Below are positions 7,937 through 16,740 of a stretch of 25,026 bases of DNA, one piece after another (within the stretch, counting starts at the first letter, position 1; each line of letters opens with the position of its first letter). The DNA is from an uncultured Nitrososphaerota archaeon (lineage in GTDB: Archaea; Asgardarchaeota; Njordarchaeia; Njordarchaeales; Panguiarchaeaceae), in NCBI GenBank assembly GCA_964636085.1, contig CAZWPQ010000031.1:1-25026 (forward strand). The letters are read 5' to 3'. Made by a program: the position numbers and the translations under genes. The notes below the pieces were generated by a model. It was not told where the DNA came from. It ran no database searches and saw nothing but the letters and a program-made list of their open reading frames with translations.

Positions 7937-8756
7937 ATATATAGAACATATACAAAAAGATGCATGGGGCGCCAACGATATAGATATAACCCCAACACAC
8001 GTCTGTGTTGCCGTTGGTTTGGCCAATGGGTGTGTCTATTTAGCATTTGATGGTGAAAAACCAATAGGATTTGTTTGGGGCTTCTTCGGCTTAGAGAGTA
8101 ATAAACTATATCTACACTCCCATCAGCTAGGAGTACTGCGAGAATATCAAAACAGAAACATAGGATATATGCTCAAGTTAAGGCAGAGAGATTTTGCTCT
8201 AAGCCACGGCATAGATCTCATTAAATGGACCTTTGATCCTTTGCAATCCAAGAATGCATATTTCAATTTCAATAAGCTTGGAGTTGTATGTAGAAAGTAT
8301 ATTATAGATCTATATGGTGAGATTAGAGACAACTTAAACCGCGGCCTGCCAAGCGACAGAATGCTTGTAGAATGGCATATAAATAGCCTCCGAGTAATCA
8401 AAAGAATAAGAGGAGAGAGACCGCCAAAATATGAATTTTTACCAATCAACATACCTAAAATCAATGAAGTTAAATATGTTAATGGTGTTCCTCATGTTAT
8501 TAGTGTTGATCTTGACCTAAATGATAGTTTTCTACTTGTGGAAATACCATCCAACTATGCGGAGCTTAGAGCAAGAAATTTTAATCTAGTTTTAGATTGG
8601 AGGATCACTTTGCGAAGGATATTTACGGCATACATGAATCGAGGCTACATTGTAGTGGATCTAGTCCAAGATCAGGCAAAAAGAAGATTATTCTATGTTT
8701 TGACGTCTCTGGAATTGGATTCTGTATTGAATCAAGATTGGTGGGTCGTTAGATAA
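7887..8756 (+). CDS. GNAT family acyltransferase (putative D-amino acid N-succinyltransferase type)
   Basis: LHSHQLGV..EYQNRNIGYMLK, WTFDPLQSKNAYFNFNKLG and GLPSDR..VEW. Start reassigned to ATG 7887 behind GAGGAG (7874-7879); the track start of 7740 is over-extended. Confidence 0.85.
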   Translation: MDKKIEIRQPRTSGEFRYIEHIQKDAWGANDIDITPTHVCVAVGLANGCVYLAFDGEKPIGFVWGFFGLESNKLYLHSHQLGVLREYQNRNIGYMLKLRQRDFALSHGIDLIKWTFDPLQSKNAYFNFNKLGVVCRKYIIDLYGEIRDNLNRGLPSDRMLVEWHINSLRVIKRIRGERPPKYEFLPINIPKINEVKYVNGVPHVISVDLDLNDSFLLVEIPSNYAELRARNFNLVLDWRITLRRIFTAYMNRGYIVVDLVQDQAKRRLFYVLTSLELDSVLNQDWWVVR

Positions 8757-10033
8757 TCCTTTAGCAGCCTACATATGAACTTAACTGCATCATTTTTTGG
8801 CATCTCATGCCTTTCTCCCTCATAAAATATTGCTAGGGTTTTATTTTCGATCTCTTTTTTCCCTACGAATACAAAAACTGCCCCTCCTTTCTTCTTTGCA
8901 TATTCTCTCTGCTTCGAGTGCTTTCGCCTCATTAGGTCCAATTCTGTAGGTATTCCACTAGCCCTCAACTCATATGCTATGCTCCACGCATAACTATAGG
9001 CATCTGGCAACATAGATATTATAAAAACCTTTGGAGGAGAAGCAATATTAAATATTCCCGCCTGAATGCCAGACTCTATTAGCCTATCTATACCAAAACT
9101 TGTCCCCGTTGCTGGTACATCCATTTTTGTGTATATTCTCAATAATTCATCATATCTGCCACCACCCCCCACACTTCCAATTGCTATTCCCTCAACAATA
9201 ACCTCCCAGACAGGCCCCGTATAATAGTCCAATCCCCTGACCAACTCCAATGAGAATTCCACGTTTCTCCCGGCTCTCTCCAATATGTACCTAGACATCT
9301 CTTTTAGGTGTTCGATACCTAGAGAACTTAAGCTATTTGAGAATTCACTTTCTAGCTTCTTCAAGCATTCATCTAGGGATCCAGAAATCGATATTATCTC
9401 GAGAATCTCTTCCACATAGCTACTGGGAAGATACCTCTCTAGCTCCTTCCTTACACCATCCCTCCCTATTTTGTCTAGCTTATCTATAGCCCTAAATACT
9501 GCAAGCTCGTCCTTTATTCCAAATTTGGACCTTAATATTCCTGTGAGAATCCGTCGATCACTTAGTAGTATTTTAAACTCACTAAAACCAAGCACACACA
9601 TCGTATCATACACCAAGTTTATTAGTTCGGCATCCGCCTCTGGATAGGGGCTGCCAACAATATCTGCATCTGCCTGCATGAACTCTCTAAATCTGCCCCT
9701 CTGAGGCCTCTCATGTCTAAATACACTTCCAATAGTATACCTCTTGAATGGAAGGGCGTACGATGCTGAGGAAAAGTGCCTCGCTAGAGGTACTGTATGA
9801 TCGTATCTTAGGGCATACCACTCCTTGCTCCATACATCCTCAAATCTCCATATCAATAACTTCTCGGCTTCATCCCCATATTTACCCCTCAACGTTTCCC
9901 ATAACTCTAAGTGGGGGGTGTAAAGGGGCTCAAAACCATATAGCCGAAAGACCTTCTTGATTTTATCTAGCACAGTTTCGTATAATATAGCCATATTAGA
10001 GGATATATCCCTGAACCCGCTAGGTAATCTCAT
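8732..10033 (-). CDS. hisS: histidyl-tRNA synthetase
   Basis: Motifs PSGFRD, LRYDHTVPLAR, FRHERPQRGRFREFMQAD, RGLDYYTG and GGGRYD, plus an anticodon-binding domain. Confidence 0.97.
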   Translation of the reverse strand: MRLPSGFRDISSNMAILYETVLDKIKKVFRLYGFEPLYTPHLELWETLRGKYGDEAEKLLIWRFEDVWSKEWYALRYDHTVPLARHFSSASYALPFKRYTIGSVFRHERPQRGRFREFMQADADIVGSPYPEADAELINLVYDTMCVLGFSEFKILLSDRRILTGILRSKFGIKDELAVFRAIDKLDKIGRDGVRKELERYLPSSYVEEILEIISISGSLDECLKKLESEFSNSLSSLGIEHLKEMSRYILERAGRNVEFSLELVRGLDYYTGPVWEVIVEGIAIGSVGGGGRYDELLRIYTKMDVPATGTSFGIDRLIESGIQAGIFNIASPPKVFIISMLPDAYSYAWSIAYELRASGIPTELDLMRRKHSKQREYAKKKGGAVFVFVGKKEIENKTLAIFYEGERHEMPKNDAVKFICRLLKDYLTTHQS

Positions 10034-10132
10034 AATTCAACCCTTAACATATCTTTCCCCATATATTGTCTTTGATGAAAATAAAAAAATACGATTAAAT
10101 CATGTCTTCAAACATCGGAAGTGTGGTATCGA

Positions 10133-11314
10133 ATGAATAACCTACAATACCTATTGATATTTGTAATAAGTCTTGTCGCGATATTGTTATTATCTCAGAG
10201 AAATCTTTGGCTAGCCATCCTTGTGGGGGGATTTATCCTTAGTGCTGCGTCTAGCGAACCTTTACCGATACTTATCTCAGCGATGAAATCCGTGGCTAGA
10301 TATGATATACTACTACTAGCTATAGCTCTAGGAGAAATCCCCCTCATTGGAAAAATATTGGAGTCAGATCTAACAAAATTTTTCAACACGCTTGGATATA
10401 AAAAATCTTCCATTTTAGGCCCAGCGGTCTTTGGTCTACTTCCCATTCCAGGAGGAGCAGTATTATCATGTCCAATAATAGAAAAGAATCTTCAGACAAG
10501 AGACAGAGGAGAGATAGTTGCTGTAAACATCTGGTTTAGACATACTCTCTTCCTAATATATCCCCTCTCCCCCTCACTCATAATATCAACAACCATTGCG
10601 GGGATAAGCATAATTAGTATTATTCCATTCATGATCCCCATCTTCGTAGTTGCGACTTTGATAGGAATTATTTATTACCTGTGGAGGCTTCCTCCACGTG
10701 ACTCCCTCAATAATGAACCCGCTAACTCTAGAAAAATCACTCCATTGTTGCTGATTTTGGCCGCTCCATTAATTCAAATCCTGCTGGGGACTGCTGGACT
10801 AAATATAAATGTATCAACATTCCTAGCTGTTACGGTGGTCATGTTCATGTCCGCCATGTATTGTAGGATAAATAGTAAATCCCTCATTATGCATGCAAGA
10901 AATATGAAGATATGGAATTTCTCCCTTATTCTATTATCAGTAATCTTCTATGCTACGATCTTCAAAGATGTCTCCCCCTCTTTTCTAGGAGAAGAATTTG
11001 GAAATATATTTTTGTTATGCACGCTCGTTTCTTTCCTCGTAGGATTCTTAACTGGACGCGTTCAGCTCACCACTGCTCTAATAATACCAATTGTTTTAAG
11101 CTACACTGGACACATGAGCTATGGGCTATTCGTCATGCTCTACACTACAGCTATGTGTGGATACTTGATGAGTCCCGCACACCCATGCTTGGTTCTGAGC
11201 TCTGAATATTTTAGGACGGGGATATCGCGTGGGATAAGGAAACTATTATTCCCCGCACTGATGTTTGCTGTGGTTGGGTCTGTGTATGGTTGGTTTCTTC
11301 ATGTTTATCTTTGA
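10133..11314 (+). CDS. DUF401 family integral membrane protein (ion transporter superfamily)
   Basis: Polytopic, with PAVFGLLPIPGGAVLSCP, NIWFRH and GYLMSPAHPCLVLSSEYF. ATG 10133 preferred over GTG 10121. Confidence 0.8.
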   Translation: MNNLQYLLIFVISLVAILLLSQRNLWLAILVGGFILSAASSEPLPILISAMKSVARYDILLLAIALGEIPLIGKILESDLTKFFNTLGYKKSSILGPAVFGLLPIPGGAVLSCPIIEKNLQTRDRGEIVAVNIWFRHTLFLIYPLSPSLIISTTIAGISIISIIPFMIPIFVVATLIGIIYYLWRLPPRDSLNNEPANSRKITPLLLILAAPLIQILLGTAGLNINVSTFLAVTVVMFMSAMYCRINSKSLIMHARNMKIWNFSLILLSVIFYATIFKDVSPSFLGEEFGNIFLLCTLVSFLVGFLTGRVQLTTALIIPIVLSYTGHMSYGLFVMLYTTAMCGYLMSPAHPCLVLSSEYFRTGISRGIRKLLFPALMFAVVGSVYGWFLHVYL

Positions 11315-11334
11315 CCCGCTAACTTTCGGTAATT

Positions 11335-13242
11335 TTACTCTATCTCTCTGATGACGTTGGACAATTCTTTTTCTAGTATTTGGGCTATTATCTTTCCATC
11401 TATTCTGCCCCTAAATTTGGCCATTACAAGGCCCATTAGGGGTTTAAATGCCCTCTCTCTTCTTTCTTTAATGAGATCAATTTTTTGTTTGATCAATTCC
11501 TTTATATACATCCGAACATCCTCCTCGGATACTTTCTCTAAACCTAGTTTACTGATCGCTTGATCAACCGTTAGTCCTGGTTTTTTGGCCAGGAGCTCTA
11601 GTATGTCGCTAAGGGCTTCCTTCGAGATTTTACCCTCTTTTAGTGCCTTAAATACATCAATTATTACTTCATCACTCAATTCATCTACTCTAAGCCCCTC
11701 TCTTCGCAGGCTCGTGAGGATCTCAAATGTCTTAATCACGGTTTTGGGACTTACACCCACATCTACGGCTATTTCAAATAGCTCATACTGGGGGGACAAG
11801 ACTATTCTCTCAGCTACTTCTCTTTGAAGATTATAATTCGTTACAAGTCGCTTAACTGTGTCCCACGGATACTCAAACTTCATCTTATTAACCTCTTCCA
11901 ATATTTGCTCGGTTACCTCAATAGGCGGGGTATCTGTATCTGGATATAAGCGCCCTGCACCACCAAGCGGCCTTTCAAAACTTGTGGTTCCATCAGGATT
12001 TGCTCGACGAGTTTCTTCGGGAGGCCCTGCCAATGCCATGACAGCTCTTTCTTTGACCTCCTCCAATGCATCAATTACTCTATCCGTTGGTCCCACTACG
12101 AATACAACACAGTCCTTATCTGGGTCAGCACCAGTGAGTTTGAATAGGTTGTTCTTTTCGTCAACGGAGATCCCATATGCTGGTAGCTCATCTGTATGGA
12201 TTATCCCTGCTAGGCCCACAATGACTTTAACACGTTCTGCGAATTCCTTCCCGAACCTTCTACCCGGTTGTATCTCTCTTCCTAATATCCCTCCAAATTT
12301 TGGGAGCCGTAGTGCATAGGCTTTTTCTCCTCTTTTAATCGCCTTCTGTATGAACTTAGCTTTGGTATTTCTGAAAATGTTCGTAACATCAATAGGTTTC
12401 TCTTTTAGGATTTCTTCCCTTGTAAGTCCACGATTCTGGAGCTCCTTTGCGATCTCTATCAGGTTATTTTGTCTTATTATCTCGTTATCTATCAAGGGTT
12501 TAAACCATTCTGGATACTGAACACCCTTTATTTCGACCCGAGCTCCCCCCTTGATAGATACATTTATGTCTTGTCGTATCGTACCAAGACCTCTTCTCAC
12601 CCGCCTAGTTGCTCTCAATATTGCACCTATTCTCAATGCACAATCCATAACTTCATCAGGGTTTTCTAATTCTGCTGCAGTAGTAATTTCTACAAGTGGA
12701 ATTCCGAGCCTATCAACCCTAAATACAACCTCACTAGTACTCTCTCTAATTTTCCTAGCAGCATCCTCTTCGAGACATATTTGATTTATCTTTATCCTCT
12801 TTCCATTCGAAAGTTCTAGCCAGCCATCTAGACCTACCAATATTGTTCGTTGAAAACCAGATGGAACGCTACCATCCAAATACTGCTTTCTGGATACAAA
12901 CAAGACATCTGGTACTTTCATGTGGAATATCCTCGCTAACAGTAACGCGGTTTTTAGTGAGTATATATCAAGATTCTCTGGAGGCTTTTCGTCTATCTCG
13001 TAGAGGCAAAACTCCCTATACATCTCGTAGATTATTCTCCTCTTTTTCTTAAACTCCTTCTTTACCGTAGGATCAATTTCTCCAGTTTCCGACAATGTGG
13101 GTCGCTGATATCTTACAATTGTGAAATCTGGTTCCCTATCTACTAGCTTGGGGACACAATTACAGAAGAGCTTTCTAGGTGAATCTAACTGTTGATGTAT
13201 CTCCAATCCCACTCTAAGTCCTACTGTTCTATAATCAATCAT
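11335..13242 (-). CDS. gatE: Glu-tRNA(Gln) amidotransferase subunit E
   Basis: GLRVGLEIHQQL, DGSVPSGFQRT, LEEDAAR, DRLGIPLVEI and RRGLGTIRQDINVSI, with an AspRS-like insertion (GIIHTDELPAYGI). Likely start is MIDYR at 13242; the track starts at 13284. Confidence 0.96.
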   Translation of the reverse strand: MIDYRTVGLRVGLEIHQQLDSPRKLFCNCVPKLVDREPDFTIVRYQRPTLSETGEIDPTVKKEFKKKRRIIYEMYREFCLYEIDEKPPENLDIYSLKTALLLARIFHMKVPDVLFVSRKQYLDGSVPSGFQRTILVGLDGWLELSNGKRIKINQICLEEDAARKIRESTSEVVFRVDRLGIPLVEITTAAELENPDEVMDCALRIGAILRATRRVRRGLGTIRQDINVSIKGGARVEIKGVQYPEWFKPLIDNEIIRQNNLIEIAKELQNRGLTREEILKEKPIDVTNIFRNTKAKFIQKAIKRGEKAYALRLPKFGGILGREIQPGRRFGKEFAERVKVIVGLAGIIHTDELPAYGISVDEKNNLFKLTGADPDKDCVVFVVGPTDRVIDALEEVKERAVMALAGPPEETRRANPDGTTSFERPLGGAGRLYPDTDTPPIEVTEQILEEVNKMKFEYPWDTVKRLVTNYNLQREVAERIVLSPQYELFEIAVDVGVSPKTVIKTFEILTSLRREGLRVDELSDEVIIDVFKALKEGKISKEALSDILELLAKKPGLTVDQAISKLGLEKVSEEDVRMYIKELIKQKIDLIKERRERAFKPLMGLVMAKFRGRIDGKIIAQILEKELSNVIREIE

Positions 13243-13302
13243 AATAACCACGACATGGTATCGTGTATCTCGATTTTCTTTCATTAAAAATTTTTATGAT
13301 AT

Positions 13303-13875
13303 TTGGTGAGCATATTGAAATTTATAATCCTGGACTGGGAAGACATAGTTCGAATTTCGCTACGGCTCGCCAAAAAAATATCAGCATCCAACTTTAGACC
13401 ATTCTGCATCATAGGGCTAACCCGAGGCGGATTGATCCCAGCCAGAATACTCTCAGATCGTCTTGGCATCAACAGGTTATATACGCTTGGAGTTAGTTTT
13501 TACACAGATTTAGCTGTCCATAAGAAAAAGCCAGTTATAACACAGGATATAGATGCCGACCTATTGGGCAAGGAAGTCTTAGTCGTTGACGATGTTGCAG
13601 ATACTGGTATGTCCCTAATATTGTCTAAAGAAACTCTTCTGAGGCGTGGAGCCAGCGAAGTCAGACTTGCAACATTGCATAAGAAGCCTTGGTCAAAGGT
13701 CATACCTGACTACTATGTCGAGGAAACAGATGCATGGATTGTATATCCGTGGGAGTATAGAGAGACATTAGATTTACTAAAGAAAAGACTCACCACTGAC
13801 CTCGAAACTAAGGAAAAGAAAACAATCGAGGAAGCAATAAACAGGATTATGGAATTGGAGGAAAAATATGTCTAG
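13303..13875 (+). CDS. purine phosphoribosyltransferase (HGPRT/XGPRT-like)
   Basis: RGGLIPARILSD, PRPP loop VLVVDDVADTG and WIVYPWE. Confidence 0.9.
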   Translation: MVSILKFIILDWEDIVRISLRLAKKISASNFRPFCIIGLTRGGLIPARILSDRLGINRLYTLGVSFYTDLAVHKKKPVITQDIDADLLGKEVLVVDDVADTGMSLILSKETLLRRGASEVRLATLHKKPWSKVIPDYYVEETDAWIVYPWEYRETLDLLKKRLTTDLETKEKKTIEEAINRIMELEEKYV

Positions 13876-16631
13876 AAAAAGGACTCTAATTCCGCAACGC
13901 CCCGGGCTCTTTTTTCTAGCTCCTCTATTTTGATTCCTAATGCATCTAAAAGCTGGTCAAAAACACTTTTGGTGAATTCTATGTATTTTTCTAGGTCTAT
14001 CTTGTACCACCATCTCGGGTCCTTTTTGAGCATCTCCACCGGCCATGGACCGTCCTTGCATTTGACATATGTTATTATCTCGCCTGGCTTCACCCTTCTT
14101 CTCAATCTTTTGGCGGCCTTAACGTGCTCTGGTGTCGTTTTTGTGTATTTCTCTATCGGTTTAGAAATCATAACCCTGAATGCCAGATCGTCTATCTCGT
14201 ACATTCCTTTTGTCAATTTTCTATAAATGCTAATGATTTTTTCCTCGATCTTCTTTTTGGCAATCTCCATATCTTCCACAGTTCTGACAGCCCTTAATAT
14301 CTCTAATACCCGACTAAATTCCCTTTTCAGAAACTCTGGCGTATTTCTTTTCTTGCCTAGAAGACCCTTTATGTCCAAGTTCCCATCCTTTAGCAAACCG
14401 AAGTAATTTTTCTTCCTACCAGAGAATGATACAAATATATATACCTTATCCACTTCAAGATCCACCTTCAATTCCTCTGTTGTCCACCGTATTAGCTCAT
14501 CTATTGCTTCAGGATTAGGATTATGTATAAATATACTGTCTGTATCGCCATATATTACATCCAAATTCATCTCTTTTGCTTTCTCTGCTACTGCCAAGAT
14601 TTTTTGTCTCGCTATAGCCGCTATTGACTCTGCCACAGGCAGGAAGAATAGGCTAAAATTCTCGGCACCAAAAACGCCATATGATGCGTTCATTAATACC
14701 TTCAATGCTCCTTGAATTACAGAGTAGAACTCTCTCTTTTCTTTATCCTCACATGTCTTCGCAAGTCTCTTATAGTAATTAACCCTCAGATCCCTAACAA
14801 ACCCAACAAGCTGGGATGCCAGCCCTATCCTCTTGTTGCATATCCAATAGTTTAGGTCTGCCACCTTGTTGTTATGACAACCCTCATGGGGACAAAGCAC
14901 GGTTTCAAATGATATGTTGTGGACTTTGATTATTGTTGGATACATTGAAGCAAAATCGAATACATAGACATTAAACCATGTTCCGGCTTTTGGTTGAAAA
15001 ACAACCGCGCCTCTATATTTTTTGCCTTTAATTATTGGTTGGGGTCTTGGAGCCAAAGCCATACCTACTTTCTTCTTTTCAAAGTCCACATCGTTTGGTA
15101 TTAACCAGTTTCTTTCTCTCATCTCTGCATAGAACCAATTGCCAATCCAGCCAGATACGCCCCTCCTAGTTAGATCCCTCACTGGGTATCTGGTTATTCT
15201 TGATAGAATAACCATCACCCTCCAAGGCATCCAGTTATCCAATGTGAATAACCTAGCGGTTAAATACGAGTCCCACCAGTTATACTTAGCAATCTCCTCA
15301 AGCGTCATTTCTTCAAAATGGGCTTTCTCAACAAGCTTTCTCTCACCCAATAACACATGTGACAACTCGTCTAAGCTCGTAGTTTCGTATGCATCCTTAA
15401 ACACATATGTTTTGATAGCACCATTCATGAAGAATTTGTAAAGATCTATGTGGATACCTACCTTGAGTTCTGCTAAAACTAGATCAGCTGTTTTCTTTAC
15501 TGTGAAGGGTATAAGTTTTCTGTCGATACCGATATGTTTTGCACGTGCATACATATAATTTAGGTCAAAGTTATCGCCATTGAACGTTATTAATAATGGC
15601 ACACTCCAAAGTTTTTTAAATATTTCTATCAGCATCAATTTTTCGGATGAATAAAGATATACTGGGGCTTTTTTACCATTAATTTCTATCTCACACAAAA
15701 CATAGCCTTCCTTTTCCTCTACTATTCTTGGCTTGATAGTACTGTTTTTAGCTCTAGGCCAGTCTAGTAGATAGACCTCCCCAGTGAACTCTCCCTTTTC
15801 ATAATCATACCATACTAAACTCACGGATATTATTGGCTCCCTTGGATCCCTTGGGTCGGGGATTTTTTCTGCTGAAGAGCCAGCCTCTATATCCAATGCA
15901 TAAAACCTTATTTTGGGTATTTCTTGCATCAGTATTGGTACATATTTCGAAACCAGATCCCTAAACCTTGAATCTATTGAATTGTAGATGTCAGATATAT
16001 CCTCAACCTTCATTATTCTTAGATTGCCATTGTCCAGCCTATATATTGCAGAGGGCCACAAATCCTTATTATCATACAGGTAACAGAGATAATATTTGAT
16101 TCTCGCTTCCCATGAGTGATCCTCACCCACTATACTTCTTAAGCCCTTTCGACCCCCAGATCCCCCCACATCTTGGGGAGTTCTTACAACTACCTTTCTT
16201 AGTTTTACGTTCCTATCCGATATTGGATCATATTTCTCTACTTCCTCTATTGCCACCACACTATGCAACATATTATACTTCGCGGCCAATTCCCTAACTT
16301 TATCTGGTGGGAGATCTGTAAGGAAGTAAGGCCTATGATTCATACCATCGTGGAGTATAAATACTGTTTTTTCGTCAATGTCATAAAACTTCACTATGGC
16401 TACATTTAAATCTGGATCGTAGTCAATCCCAAGAAGGAAAGCCCTATTAGAGGACAATTTCTTGTGCTCTTTGGTCGCTATTTTGCGTAATTCTTCGAGT
16501 CTTTGCTCTTCAATTTTTCTTAACATTTCAATACTATCACGGCTTACCATTTTCTGCTCTTGTATTTCCTCTTTTCCTTCCCCCCTTCTTTCCTTACCGA
16601 AAAACATGTCCAATGTAGCTGTCCCATTCAT
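13872..16631 (-). CDS. polB: family B DNA polymerase, PolB1 type
   Basis: Exo I DIE, Exo II FNGDNFD, Exo III YNWWD; Pol motifs DFASMYPTII, KVLMNASYG and YGDTDS; B1-type N-terminus (RPYFLTD, WEARIKYY). No intein. Confidence 0.95.
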   Translation of the reverse strand: MNGTATLDMFFGKERRGEGKEEIQEQKMVSRDSIEMLRKIEEQRLEELRKIATKEHKKLSSNRAFLLGIDYDPDLNVAIVKFYDIDEKTVFILHDGMNHRPYFLTDLPPDKVRELAAKYNMLHSVVAIEEVEKYDPISDRNVKLRKVVVRTPQDVGGSGGRKGLRSIVGEDHSWEARIKYYLCYLYDNKDLWPSAIYRLDNGNLRIMKVEDISDIYNSIDSRFRDLVSKYVPILMQEIPKIRFYALDIEAGSSAEKIPDPRDPREPIISVSLVWYDYEKGEFTGEVYLLDWPRAKNSTIKPRIVEEKEGYVLCEIEINGKKAPVYLYSSEKLMLIEIFKKLWSVPLLITFNGDNFDLNYMYARAKHIGIDRKLIPFTVKKTADLVLAELKVGIHIDLYKFFMNGAIKTYVFKDAYETTSLDELSHVLLGERKLVEKAHFEEMTLEEIAKYNWWDSYLTARLFTLDNWMPWRVMVILSRITRYPVRDLTRRGVSGWIGNWFYAEMRERNWLIPNDVDFEKKKVGMALAPRPQPIIKGKKYRGAVVFQPKAGTWFNVYVFDFASMYPTIIKVHNISFETVLCPHEGCHNNKVADLNYWICNKRIGLASQLVGFVRDLRVNYYKRLAKTCEDKEKREFYSVIQGALKVLMNASYGVFGAENFSLFFLPVAESIAAIARQKILAVAEKAKEMNLDVIYGDTDSIFIHNPNPEAIDELIRWTTEELKVDLEVDKVYIFVSFSGRKKNYFGLLKDGNLDIKGLLGKKRNTPEFLKREFSRVLEILRAVRTVEDMEIAKKKIEEKIISIYRKLTKGMYEIDDLAFRVMISKPIEKYTKTTPEHVKAAKRLRRRVKPGEIITYVKCKDGPWPVEMLKKDPRWWYKIDLEKYIEFTKSVFDQLLDALGIKIEELEKRARGVAELESFF

Positions 16632-16669
16632 TTATGACACAGAATCAAAACAATCTATAATTACTATTA

Positions 16670-16691
16670 AGATAAATCATAGATAAATCAT
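16670..16691. repeat. perfect 11-bp tandem repeat (AGATAAATCAT x2) upstream of polB
   Basis: Directly visible at 16670-16680 and 16681-16691. Confidence 0.7.
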
Positions 16692-16740
16692 AATCTATCA
16701 AAATTTCGATAAGTTAGGGGAACCAAAACCCCGGTTTTAC

